A stretch of 64,000 bases of DNA from an uncultured bacterium (GTDB lineage: Bacteria > Actinomycetota > Acidimicrobiia > Spongiisociales > UBA5794), in assembly GCA_963801165.1 (NCBI GenBank), contig CAWDDT010000010.1, positions 160,001 through 224,000 of the forward strand. Reading direction: 5' to 3'. Below the pieces are notes generated by a model. The model did not search any database, was not told the DNA's origin, and was given only the letters and a program-made list of their open reading frames with translations. Of the stretch, positions 31,493 to 40,645 are shown in pieces (position 1 is the first letter of the stretch; the number at the start of each line of letters is the position of its first letter). Position numbers and translations under genes: made by a program.

Positions 31493-32674
31493 GTGCGACA
31501 GCTGAGCGTTGGCCAGGCGCGCTGTGTTGCCCTAGGTGCCCAGGGCTTTGCCGAGCCCCGTCCGCAGGGTCGTGTCGACCGCAGGCACTTCCGCAAGGTC
31601 ATCGACCGGATCGGGCTACTGCAACTCGACTCGGTGAACGTGCTCCAGCGGTCTCACTATCTCCCGGTGTGGTCCCGACTTGGCCGGTACTCCATCGAGG
31701 CACTCGACGAGTACACGGCGCACAGCGGAGAGATGTTCGAGTACTGGGGTCATGTGGCATCGCTGCTGCCGGTGGAGCTGCACCGCCTCCTGCGGTGGCG
31801 CATGCACGAGGCGCGCCCGGGCCCGCGGACCAAGGCGTTGATCGAGAACCACCCGGACTACCTGGCGTCGGTGCTCGAGGAGATAACGGCGCATGGTCCG
31901 CTCGCCGTCTCCGATCTGTCGGATCCGGGGACACGAACGGGCCCCTGGTGGGGTCATGGCAAGGGGAAGGTCGCTCTCGATTGGTTGTTCGCCACCGGTG
32001 CCATCACCGCATATCGCAACGGCAATTTCGGCCGGATCTACGACTTGCCGGAGCGGGTAATCGCTGCGGAGTACCTCGCCGGGCCGGCGCCGTCGCGAGA
32101 AGAGGCCTATCGGGAGCTGTTGCGGCTGAGCGCCAAGCATCACGGAGTCGGCACCGCCGCAGATCTCGGTGACTACTACCGGCTCCACATGCCGACGGTG
32201 CGCCCGCTACTGAGGGCCATGGTCGCCGATGGCGACCTCGAGGAGGTGCGGGTCGAGGGGTGGAAGCAGCCCGCCTTCGTCCATCCGGGTGCGAAGCTGC
32301 CCCGGCGGATCTCGAGCGCGGCGCTGCTGAGCCCGTTCGACCCTGTTGTCTGGGAGCGCGATCGAACCGAGCGGCTATTCGGCTTCTTTTACCGTATCGA
32401 GATCTACGTGCCTGAACCGCAACGGGTCCACGGCTACTACGTGTTGCCGTTTCTCCTCGACGACCGGCTCGTGGCGCGTGTCGATCTCAAATCGGATCGC
32501 AAGAACGGCGTGCTCCTCGTGAAGGGCTCGTATCACGAGGAATCGGCTGACCCTGAAGAGGTGGCCGGTCGGCTGGATCCGGAGCTCAGGGCATTGAGCG
32601 AATGGCTCGGGCTCAGCGAAGTTGTCGTTCACGCCAATGGGAATCTGGCGTCGTTTCTCGGCGGGACGAGTTAG
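31493..32674 (+). CDS. ycaQ: YcaQ/AlkZ-family (HTH_42) interstrand-crosslink DNA glycosylase
   Basis: LLQLDSVNVLQRSHY (QxD motif), FEYWGH, LLSPFDP, YRIEIYVP...GYYVLP. Confidence 0.9.
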   Translation: MRQLSVGQARCVALGAQGFAEPRPQGRVDRRHFRKVIDRIGLLQLDSVNVLQRSHYLPVWSRLGRYSIEALDEYTAHSGEMFEYWGHVASLLPVELHRLLRWRMHEARPGPRTKALIENHPDYLASVLEEITAHGPLAVSDLSDPGTRTGPWWGHGKGKVALDWLFATGAITAYRNGNFGRIYDLPERVIAAEYLAGPAPSREEAYRELLRLSAKHHGVGTAADLGDYYRLHMPTVRPLLRAMVADGDLEEVRVEGWKQPAFVHPGAKLPRRISSAALLSPFDPVVWERDRTERLFGFFYRIEIYVPEPQRVHGYYVLPFLLDDRLVARVDLKSDRKNGVLLVKGSYHEESADPEEVAGRLDPELRALSEWLGLSEVVVHANGNLASFLGGTS

Positions 32675-33837
32675 ATCCCACCGTCCTCGACGTATATGGC
32701 CGCAACCCGGAAATGAGTGGAGAGCTCGTATTCCGCTCCCGTCTTCCACTCCTTGAAGAAGAGATCGTTGGTTTCTCCCGATTGCAGTATGAGAACCTGG
32801 CCGGTTGGAGACACTCCAACGACACGCGCAGGTTGATCGACTGATGTGATGCGTGTGGATCGAGAATTCACGGCCCGAGCAAGGATTGACGTGTGCCCGT
32901 CCTCCTGCGGTGTGACCGCAATCGCCCAATCGCCGGCCGGAGTGATTATGTAGTCGGAAGCGCCCACATCGAGGCTCGGCAGCGCGGTCGTCGACCCGTC
33001 GGCATTCAGCACGGACGGGGCGCCGTTCCCATCGGTAACGAGCAGCGTTCCGTCGTTTGCAGCGTCCAGTACTTCTCCTTCAGCGGTACGGACCGGGACG
33101 CCATTCGGGTCGAAGATGTGGATGGTTTCGGACAACACGACTGCAAAACCCCAATCGCCCCACGCGGCCAGGGAGGCGTCGGAGAACGGAACGGAGAATT
33201 CCAGCAGCGGCACGATCTCATGTGACGTCTCCGCAGCGGATATGTCGACGGTCCTGATCACGGTCTCGTCAGAGCCCTGGTCCGATTCGACCCAGGCGAA
33301 CAAGTCGGGATCGCTCGGATGCCAGAGACCGCCGCCGCCGAGATATTGAGGATTGCCACCAAGGGCGATGTCGACAATGGTCCCGCCGGTTCCCTCGACC
33401 GAGATTCTCGTCCCGTCCGAATTCACCGCGGCCGCCGCCGCTGCGGAGAACTCTGCATTGAACGAAGGCGTCGCCAGGTTGGGATGCCAGACGCCGGCTC
33501 TTGCGCCGGTGTCGGAGAGGATGACGAGAGTGAGCCCCCGGGCGGCGAAGGGAACAGCGTCCTCGAGCGTGGGTGGCCGCGGGAGAGAGGTGGTCGTAGC
33601 TGGTTGCGCCTCCTGGGAGAGGGGAGGCCTTGTTGTTCCCGCTGCGGCGTGGTCTGGTGCGCGCTGACCGAGACCGACCGCGACCACTGCAAACGCGACA
33701 GCTCCCAGCGCGATGACGAACAGTGGTGCAATCCGTCGTCGCCGTTGCGGCGGCTCCGGCTGCGGCGCGTCTGTATCGAGATCATCGACGGGGAGAGGTC
33801 GAATCTTCGACCCAGAATCCCTTGCCTCCATTGGCAA
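32671..33837 (-). CDS. Hypothetical single-TM protein with extracellular beta-rich domain
   Basis: Long ORF with coding-like GC pattern and one TM helix after RRRR; no family recognised. Confidence 0.65.
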   Translation of the reverse strand: MPMEARDSGSKIRPLPVDDLDTDAPQPEPPQRRRRIAPLFVIALGAVAFAVVAVGLGQRAPDHAAAGTTRPPLSQEAQPATTTSLPRPPTLEDAVPFAARGLTLVILSDTGARAGVWHPNLATPSFNAEFSAAAAAAVNSDGTRISVEGTGGTIVDIALGGNPQYLGGGGLWHPSDPDLFAWVESDQGSDETVIRTVDISAAETSHEIVPLLEFSVPFSDASLAAWGDWGFAVVLSETIHIFDPNGVPVRTAEGEVLDAANDGTLLVTDGNGAPSVLNADGSTTALPSLDVGASDYIITPAGDWAIAVTPQEDGHTSILARAVNSRSTRITSVDQPARVVGVSPTGQVLILQSGETNDLFFKEWKTGAEYELSTHFRVAAIYVEDGGI

Positions 33838-33920
33838 CCAAGCGTAACCGCTGTGAGCATCGGCGTCTACGGCCCGGCTATCGTTCGCGGAAGTTGTCAG
33901 ACCAGAGATGAGGTAGCGCG

Positions 33921-34820
33921 ATGGTGAGCTTCGAGGGTCGGGTGGCGGTGGTCACCGGTGCCGGCGGGGGTTTGGGAAGGGAGCACGCGCTGCTGCTGGC
34001 CGGGCGCGGAGCAGCTGTTGTCGTCAACGATCTCGGCGGGTCTGTGTCGGGGGAGGGGTCCGACTCGTCCGCTGCCGATCGCGTGGTCTCCGAGATCACA
34101 GAGTCGGGCGGGTCTGCTGTTGCCGAGCATTCTTCGGTGGCCGATCCGGCCGGCGGCGAGGCGATCGTGGCACGGGCTCTCGAGACCTTTGGCCGTCTCG
34201 ACATCGTCATCAACAACGCCGGCATCCTTCGGGACAAGAGCTTTGCGAACCTCACTCCGGATCTAGTGAATCCGGTGCTCGACGTGCATCTCGGAGGAGC
34301 CTTCAACGTGACCCGGCCCGCCTTTGCTCATATGAAGGAGCAAGGTTACGGACGCATTCTGTTCACAACCAGCGGCTCGGGGCTGATGGGCAACTTTGGC
34401 CAGGCCAATTACGGAGCGGCCAAGATGGGTCTGATCGGTCTCATGAATGTGCTCAAGATCGAGGGGGCCCGCTACAACATAAAGGTCAACGCCGTTGCCC
34501 CTATCGCCCTCACCCGCATGACCGAAGGTCTGTTCGGCGGAGTTGTCGACCTGTTCGCGCCCGTGCAGGTGTCGCCGGCGGTGGCCTACCTGGTGTCGGA
34601 GGAGTGTGACCTGACAGGGGAGATCTGGTCGGTGGGTGGCGGATCCGTGAGCAGGTTCTTCATCGGCCTCACCGACGGCTATGTCAAACCCGACCGGGAA
34701 GGTCTGCTGACGATCGAAGACGTGGAAGCGCACGTCGAGGAGATCCGCGACGAATCCGCCTACCTCGTGCCGTTCTCCTCGCAGGACGAGTTCGGCAAGC
34801 TCGGTCCGAGGCTGGGCTAG
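33921..34820 (+). CDS. SDR oxidoreductase (MFE-2/hydroxyacyl-CoA dehydrogenase-like)
   Basis: TGAGGGLG, VVNDLGG, NNAGILRD, GNFGQANYGAAK. Confidence 0.93.
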   Translation: MVSFEGRVAVVTGAGGGLGREHALLLAGRGAAVVVNDLGGSVSGEGSDSSAADRVVSEITESGGSAVAEHSSVADPAGGEAIVARALETFGRLDIVINNAGILRDKSFANLTPDLVNPVLDVHLGGAFNVTRPAFAHMKEQGYGRILFTTSGSGLMGNFGQANYGAAKMGLIGLMNVLKIEGARYNIKVNAVAPIALTRMTEGLFGGVVDLFAPVQVSPAVAYLVSEECDLTGEIWSVGGGSVSRFFIGLTDGYVKPDREGLLTIEDVEAHVEEIRDESAYLVPFSSQDEFGKLGPRLG

Positions 34821-35389
34821 TGCTGGTGGCTCCCGAATCCGATGCCACGAAGGACGAGTGGCGCGAGTGGGCCCGTTCGGAGCGAGCCGGCATGAACTGG
34901 AACGACATCTCGCGGCGTGTCGTCGACGAGTTGCAGGGCTGGCTCGAGCCCAATAGCTACCAGACAGTCCTCATCTACCTGCCTCTGATCGACGAGATCG
35001 ATCTGCGCCGGTTGCTCGACGAGGATCGGGAGACGAGGTTCGTAGCCACGAGGACCCCCGAACGTGGTGGCGATCTCAGCGTCCACGAGTTGGGTGGCCC
35101 GCTCGAGGTCCACCGGTTCGGTTTTCTGCAGCCCCACGCAACCGCACCGCGGGTCGGTCCCGACGCCATCGATGTCCTGCTGCTCCCGGGGCTTGTCTTC
35201 GATCTCTACGGGAACCGTCTGGGGCACGGAGCGGGCTATTTCGACCGGCTGCTGGCGACGACCCATGCCGAAGCGAAGTTGGTCGGGGTCGTGCCCGCCG
35301 CCCTGGTCGTCGACCGGTTGCCGGTCGAGCCGCATGACATCCCGGTAGGGTTTCTTGCCACTGAGGAAGGCGTCATCGAGACCGCGTAA
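34820..35389 (+). CDS. 5-formyltetrahydrofolate cyclo-ligase
   Basis: LLPGLVFD...GNRLGHGAGYFDR...EPHD. Confidence 0.93.
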   Translation: MLVAPESDATKDEWREWARSERAGMNWNDISRRVVDELQGWLEPNSYQTVLIYLPLIDEIDLRRLLDEDRETRFVATRTPERGGDLSVHELGGPLEVHRFGFLQPHATAPRVGPDAIDVLLLPGLVFDLYGNRLGHGAGYFDRLLATTHAEAKLVGVVPAALVVDRLPVEPHDIPVGFLATEEGVIETA

Positions 35390-35418
35390 CGCCGGCGTGA
35401 GGTTGGCCCGAACCCGTC

Positions 35419-36420
35419 CTAGGACTCGACCGATAGTACCGAATCGGGATTGATGTGGAACGAGATGTCGTCGCCGATCTCGAAACGGCGCCGGCTGGTC
35501 CCGGTGAGTTCGACGTCGTCGACCCTGAACCGGACGGTGTATTCGCCGCTGCGGAATGTGGCTCCGCTCACCGTCCCGGTGTTGGGACCGTCGGAGGCGA
35601 CGGTGACGGCGTGGGGCGGGATCACCAGACGATGCTCGCCGGGGGGCAGCGCCGACTCGAACCGGGTCCATCCGAGATCGGCGGCACCCTCTAGGACCTT
35701 GGCGTCGACGATCGCGGTGAAGCCGAGCATGCGAGCCACGAACTCATTGCGAGGGTCGGCCCATAGGTCCTGCGGGGTCCCCTTGCGGATGAGCCTGCCG
35801 CTATCCATGACGGCCACGGTGTCGGCGATGGCAAAGGCTTCATCTCGATCATGGGTCACATATATGGCCGTAACCGAGAGCTCGGAGAAGATCGCCTTCA
35901 TCTCCGCGGTGAGGTGCTCGCGTAGCGAGCGATCGAGAGCCCCGATCGGCTCGTCGAGGAGGATCAGCCGTGGCGATGGTGCCAGGGTCCTGGCGAGGGC
36001 GACCCGTTGCTGTTCACCGCCCGAGAGTTCGTGGACGAGCCGCTTCTGATAGCCGGCGAGGCCGACGATGTCGAGCACGTGGGCGACGCGCTCTTCCCGG
36101 CGAACCCAGTCCACGTCCTGCATGCGCAGCCCGAACTGGACGTTCCCGGCGACCGACAGGTGCGGAAAGAGCGCATAGTCCTGGAACATGAAGCCGAAGC
36201 CTCGTTCGTGGGGTGGCACGTTGCGCAGGTTGCGGCCGTTCCACGTGACCGTTCCGATGTCGAGATTCTGGAGACCGGCGAGCGAGCGGAGCAGTGTCGT
36301 CTTGCCGCACCCCGACGGTCCCATCACGGCGACTATCTCGGAGTCGTGCACGGTGAGGTTCACCGCGTCGAGAGCATATGTGTCACCGAAGGTGACGGTG
36401 AGCCGGAGGCCTTGCAGCAT
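35419..36420 (-). CDS. thiQ: ABC transporter ATP-binding subunit (thiamine uptake)
   Basis: GPSGCGKT, LSGGEQQR, LLDEP; in operon with thiBP. Confidence 0.82.
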   Translation of the reverse strand: MLQGLRLTVTFGDTYALDAVNLTVHDSEIVAVMGPSGCGKTTLLRSLAGLQNLDIGTVTWNGRNLRNVPPHERGFGFMFQDYALFPHLSVAGNVQFGLRMQDVDWVRREERVAHVLDIVGLAGYQKRLVHELSGGEQQRVALARTLAPSPRLILLDEPIGALDRSLREHLTAEMKAIFSELSVTAIYVTHDRDEAFAIADTVAVMDSGRLIRKGTPQDLWADPRNEFVARMLGFTAIVDAKVLEGAADLGWTRFESALPPGEHRLVIPPHAVTVASDGPNTGTVSGATFRSGEYTVRFRVDDVELTGTSRRRFEIGDDISFHINPDSVLSVES

Positions 36421-38033
36421 CAGAAATCACCGAGGCCTTCGGTGCGCGACCGCTCGATGGCGAAGATGGTGACGGTCGTGGCGACCATCAGGATGGTGCT
36501 GAGTGCCATGGCGCTGCTGAAGCTCTCCGTTCCGGGTCTGCCCAGAAGCCGGAAGATAGCGGTTGGCAAGGTCGGGTTGCTCGGCAGCGCCAGGAATGAT
36601 GTTGCGCCGAACTCCCCGAGAGACACTGCAAAAGCGAATCCGGCGCCGATCAGCGCTGCCCTGGTGACGAGGGGCAGATCGATTTCTCGCCATACCCGAT
36701 TTGGAGGCGCCCCCAGCATGGCAGCGGCTTCCCGCAGGCGGTGACGCACCGATCGCATCACGGGCACCGCGGTGCGCACCACGAACGGTATGGCCACCAT
36801 CGAGTGGGCAATCGGGATGATCCAGATGGAGGTACGGAGATCGATCGGTGCGTCGAAAGCCAGGAGGAAGCCAAAGCCAAGGGTCACCGCCGACGTACCG
36901 AGAGGCAGCATCAGCAGCGCATCGAAAGAGCGGGACAGCCAGCCTCTGCGGTAGGCGATGACTGTAGCGGCGGCCAATCCGATGGCGACGGCGAGCAGCG
37001 TGGCCACAACGGCGAACCGGGCTGAGTTCCAGATGGCGGTGGTAGCCGGAGCCGCCATCCCGGCGACGCGCTCATTCAGGTTCCGGTAGGCGGCCAGGGT
37101 GTAGCCATTTGCGGAGCGGAACGACCGGTCGATGAGAACAAACAGGGGCGTTCCCAACAGCAGCAGCATGAACAGTAGGTTGGCCAGAACGGTGAGACGT
37201 TCCCGCCTGCTCTGCATTGGCTTCGCTGCGGCCGCGACGCTGTGTTCGAACTCGACGGAACGTCGTTCCTGGTAGCGGGAGTAGAGAAACAGAATCAGTG
37301 TGATCCCGATGATCTGGAGCAAAGCGAGTGCCGCGGCGACGTTGAAATCGAGTAGACCGGTCGCCTGGCGCCAGATCTCGACATCGAGCGTGGAGTACTG
37401 GAGGCCACCGAGGATGAGGATGATCCCAAACGACGTGAAGGTGAATAGGAACACCAGGGAGGCGGCGGAGGCGAGTGCAGGACGCAGCAGGGGAAGAGTG
37501 ACCCGCCAGAAGACACGGAACCGGGTCGCCCCGAGCATGGCTCCTGCCTCCTCGAGTGCCGGATCGAGTCTCTCCCAGTACGTCGAGACGGTCCGTACCA
37601 CGATCGAGTAGTTGAAGAAAACGTGGGCGAGCAGGATGGCCCAGATCGTATGGCGAAGGTCGATGCCGACGGGTCCGCTCGGTCCGAGCAACGCGAGGAA
37701 AGCGCTGCCCACTACCACCGTGGGGAGGACAAAGGGCACGACTATCGCCGCTCGCACGAAACGTTTCCCGCGGAACTCGTAGCGCGCCAGCACGTGTGCA
37801 GCGGGCAGTGCTGCCACCACGGTCAGGATTGTGGATGCGGTGGCTTGCCACAGCGTGAACCAGGCGACATCGAGCAAGGCGGGCCGCCGGAACACCGAAT
37901 CGATCGGGCCGAAGTCGAGACGGCCGTCTGCAGTGAACCCGGTGGCGAGAACCGAGAGTAGGGGGTAGGCGAAGAAGTACGCGAGAAAGGCGACGGGGAT
38001 CGCGACCAACGCGATCTTCCCAACTCTCCTCAA
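36420..38033 (-). CDS. thiP: Thiamine ABC transporter permease
   Basis: Two EAA loops, PFVLPTVVV, SLGEFGAT; TTG start overlaps the thiB stop. Confidence 0.88.
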   Translation of the reverse strand: MRRVGKIALVAIPVAFLAYFFAYPLLSVLATGFTADGRLDFGPIDSVFRRPALLDVAWFTLWQATASTILTVVAALPAAHVLARYEFRGKRFVRAAIVVPFVLPTVVVGSAFLALLGPSGPVGIDLRHTIWAILLAHVFFNYSIVVRTVSTYWERLDPALEEAGAMLGATRFRVFWRVTLPLLRPALASAASLVFLFTFTSFGIILILGGLQYSTLDVEIWRQATGLLDFNVAAALALLQIIGITLILFLYSRYQERRSVEFEHSVAAAAKPMQSRRERLTVLANLLFMLLLLGTPLFVLIDRSFRSANGYTLAAYRNLNERVAGMAAPATTAIWNSARFAVVATLLAVAIGLAAATVIAYRRGWLSRSFDALLMLPLGTSAVTLGFGFLLAFDAPIDLRTSIWIIPIAHSMVAIPFVVRTAVPVMRSVRHRLREAAAMLGAPPNRVWREIDLPLVTRAALIGAGFAFAVSLGEFGATSFLALPSNPTLPTAIFRLLGRPGTESFSSAMALSTILMVATTVTIFAIERSRTEGLGDF

Positions 38034-39109
38034 CGCAGGGTGTCCGTCCACTCGTTGATCCATCTCTCCCTATTCTGTTCGATAGTCTCCACGGCAACTG
38101 TCACCGGGGCAACCGGCACTGGCGAGAAATCGGTGAACACCTGGGGTACTTTCGCCTCAGAGTTGGCTGGAAACACGAACATGTTGAGCGGAATGTCCTC
38201 CTGGACCGGCACCGACAGCAAGAAGTCGACCAGCTTGGCAGCAGCGTCTTGATGGGCCGTGCCGGCGAGAATCCCTGCATATTCGACCTGTCGGAAGCAT
38301 CCATTGAGCAGCGATCCGGTTGGTGCGTCGGCGGGTGGTGGATCGGTGAAGTAGACCCCGACCGCCGGGGACGACGCGTATGAGACGACCAGAGGGCGTT
38401 CCCCACCCTCGCCGCCGCCCGAGAAGTCGCTGTAATAGGCCTCTTCCCAACCCGACGCGACCGCGACTCCGTTGTTCTTCAGATCGCTCCAGTAGTCCAT
38501 CCACGTGTAGTCGCCATCCTCGCCAAACGTGGCAATGGTGGCGAGCAGGAACGCCATTCCGGGCGATGAGCTTGCCGGGTCCTCCACCGCCAGCATGTCG
38601 CGGTAGCCGGGGTCCGTGAGATCAGCCAATGTCTCAGGTGGGGGAGTCGCCGTGAATGCCGCCTTGTCGTAGTTGACGCAGACGTCGCCGAAGTCGATGG
38701 GAGTGACGTGGGGATCGGTCATCAGGCTGTCCGGCACCGAGCTGAGCAGGGGCGACTGGTATTCGAGGAAGATACCTTCGCTGAGGGCGCGGGAAAGGAA
38801 CGTGTTGTCCACCCCGTAAAGGACGTCGGCGATGGGGTTGTCCTTGGTCAGGATGGCCTGGCTGAGCATCGTGCCGGCGTCACCGGACTCGAGCACGGTG
38901 ACTGTGATGCCCGTCTGCTCCGTGAAGGTGTCAAGCATGCCGTCGGACAGCGCAAATGAGTCGTGGGTCATCAGGGTCAGGTGGTCGCCGGGCGTCTCCT
39001 CGGTGCTGGTGCTTGTCTGGTCTGTGCCGGGGACGGCTCGCTCTCCTGTATTCCCGCACGCGGCAGCGAGCAAGGTCAGCGGCAGGAGCATGATGAGATA
39101 GCGGCGCAC
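38030..39109 (-). CDS. thiB: Thiamine ABC transporter substrate-binding lipoprotein
   Basis: Lipobox LAAAC, THDSF, GVDNTFL, SSPGMAFL, VSYASSP, FRQVEYAG. Confidence 0.92.
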   Translation of the reverse strand: MRRYLIMLLPLTLLAAACGNTGERAVPGTDQTSTSTEETPGDHLTLMTHDSFALSDGMLDTFTEQTGITVTVLESGDAGTMLSQAILTKDNPIADVLYGVDNTFLSRALSEGIFLEYQSPLLSSVPDSLMTDPHVTPIDFGDVCVNYDKAAFTATPPPETLADLTDPGYRDMLAVEDPASSSPGMAFLLATIATFGEDGDYTWMDYWSDLKNNGVAVASGWEEAYYSDFSGGGEGGERPLVVSYASSPAVGVYFTDPPPADAPTGSLLNGCFRQVEYAGILAGTAHQDAAAKLVDFLLSVPVQEDIPLNMFVFPANSEAKVPQVFTDFSPVPVAPVTVAVETIEQNRERWINEWTDTLR

Positions 39110-39110
39110 G

Positions 39111-39758
39111 TCAATTCCTTTCCTGGATTGTCAGAACGTGCCCACCCGCAACGGCAACCTGTGCTTCCTCGGCGACGATCTCGTTGCTGACGCCTCGTGT
39201 CGAGCCCGCCTGGAGTGCGATGCCGTCGAGCGGCCAGCGGAGACCGGTAGCCGTGCAGAATGCGGTTCCGCCGACCGCGATCACAGACAGCACCGCACCG
39301 TCGCTCTTTTGGAAGACCCTGTGGTCACCGGCGCGGAGCGGGACGATTACGGCTTGCCCGGTCAGCCACTCGAGGGCGACGGGGTGATCGCCGAGCAAGA
39401 TCATGGCGTTGGCCAGCGTGTGCGCCATCCTGCCGCCCGTGCCACCGATGATGGTGGCCCTGGAGAAGCCGGCCCGTGCCGCGGCCGCGATGGCGAGTTC
39501 CAGATCGGTAGCGTCTTTGTCGATCGGATGGCGCTCGATGACGACGCCGGCAGCGGACGCTCGCTCCAGCGCCGCGGCGGTGACCGAGTCCATGTCGCCG
39601 ACGACGAGGTCTGGCTCGATGCCGAGTTCGTACGCCTGGTCGAGACCGGAATCCGCTGCAACTACCCAGACGGGCACGTCGAGCCGTGTGAGCAACCCGG
39701 AGCCGACCTGCTCGCCGCCCGCAATTATCAATGCCGATTCTGGCTTTGCGTCTTCCAC
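39111..39758 (-). CDS. thiN: Thiamine pyrophosphokinase
   Basis: AADSG, VGDMDS, KDATDLELA, GGRMAH, GLRWPL, GVSNE. Confidence 0.93.
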   Translation of the reverse strand: MEDAKPESALIIAGGEQVGSGLLTRLDVPVWVVAADSGLDQAYELGIEPDLVVGDMDSVTAAALERASAAGVVIERHPIDKDATDLELAIAAAARAGFSRATIIGGTGGRMAHTLANAMILLGDHPVALEWLTGQAVIVPLRAGDHRVFQKSDGAVLSVIAVGGTAFCTATGLRWPLDGIALQAGSTRGVSNEIVAEEAQVAVAGGHVLTIQERN

Positions 39759-39761
39759 ACG

Positions 39762-39868
39762 CTTCCTCCGCTGGCATGACCCAGATCAGGTTCCACGGGT
39801 CGGTGGCGTTCCGAGCGCTGGCTCGACCGGCCACCCTCTCAGTCCGGCGTTCCCGAACTCCCCGGGGT
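39762..39868 (-). ncRNA. TPP riboswitch
   Basis: Minus strand reads GGGGAG...CTGAGA...ACCCGTGGAACCTGATCTGGGTCATGCCAGCGGAGGAAG, directly before thiN. Confidence 0.95.
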
Positions 39869-39955
39869 GGGGATGAAATCACCCTAACACTTCGGGTTGG
39901 TGCCGACGGTCGCCGCGACCTGCCGCGACCCTGTCAAGACCCTGCCGCGACTCTA

Positions 39956-40005
39956 TTGACAACGCGACTGCACTGTGACATCATAGTGCTGTCAAGATAG
40001 TGTCA
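39956..40005 (+). promoter_or_regulatory. Promoter TTGACA-17-CATCAT with TGACA/TGTCA operator repeats
   Basis: TGACA-N9-TGTCA at 39976-39994, plus further pentamers at 39957 and 40001. Confidence 0.55.
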
Positions 40006-40038
40006 TCCGGGAAAACCGGTGAGACAGAGGAGGGCAAG

Positions 40039-40176
40039 ATGATGTGGGCAAACAACCCCGAGATCCTGAGGGAGCTTCACCAGGAGCGGGTTCGCCAGAT
40101 GCGGCGGACTATGCGGCGGCCACGTTTGAAGCTGATTGCGATGGAGCGAGAAGCCGACGCCACCGGTGACAATTGA
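40039..40176 (+). CDS. Putative 45-aa small protein (not in ORF track)
   Basis: GAGGAGG RBS; MMWANNPEILRELHQERVRQMRRTMRRPRLKLIAMEREADATGDN. Confidence 0.55.
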   Translation: MMWANNPEILRELHQERVRQMRRTMRRPRLKLIAMEREADATGDN

Positions 40177-40201
40177 AGTACTGTCATCCGACGGAGGAAG
40201 A

Positions 40202-40645
40202 ATGAACACAGAAGCGATAGCAGCCAAGCTGGAGGACCAGCTGGTGGCGGCGGGCCGGATAGCCGGAGGCGATCCTGCTGCGGAGTTGATTGTCGATGCG
40301 CTGGTCACGTCATTGGGGCCGGCCATTCGCCAGGCTGTCACGGATCTGGTGGAGCAAGCAGCCACTGAGATCGGGGCTCAGTTGCCCGCCGGCCGGGTCG
40401 AAGTCCTACTCAACGAGGGGGAGCCGTCGCTCGTATACCGCAGCGAGGAGCCGGAAGCTTCGTTCAGCACAGAGGACCTCGAAGCGCGGATGACGGTGCG
40501 TCTTCCGAGCAATCTCAAGGCTGCTCTCGAGGAAGCGGCTGACCGCACCGGCGACTCGGTGAACAGCTTCGTGTTGAAGACTCTGGTCTCGGGCACGAAC
40601 CGTGGCAAGCGTGGTCGTCGGGTCGTGGAAACGTTCGAGACATGA
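40202..40645 (+). CDS. HicB-like/ribbon-helix-helix DNA-binding protein
   Basis: C-terminal ARMTVRLPSNLKAALEEAA...SVNSF (RHH); N-terminal AATEIGAQLPAGRVEV is typical of actinobacterial DUF4097-linked regulators. Confidence 0.8.
   Translation: MNTEAIAAKLEDQLVAAGRIAGGDPAAELIVDALVTSLGPAIRQAVTDLVEQAATEIGAQLPAGRVEVLLNEGEPSLVYRSEEPEASFSTEDLEARMTVRLPSNLKAALEEAADRTGDSVNSFVLKTLVSGTNRGKRGRRVVETFET

Noticed and set aside
34780-34830. 6S RNA upstream of 5-formyl-THF cyclo-ligase
   Set aside because: There is no intergenic space; the gene overlaps the SDR stop codon.
40202-40645. HicAB toxin-antitoxin system
   Set aside because: No HicA-like toxin is adjacent, and the 45-aa ORF lacks the GSH/dsRBD-like signature.
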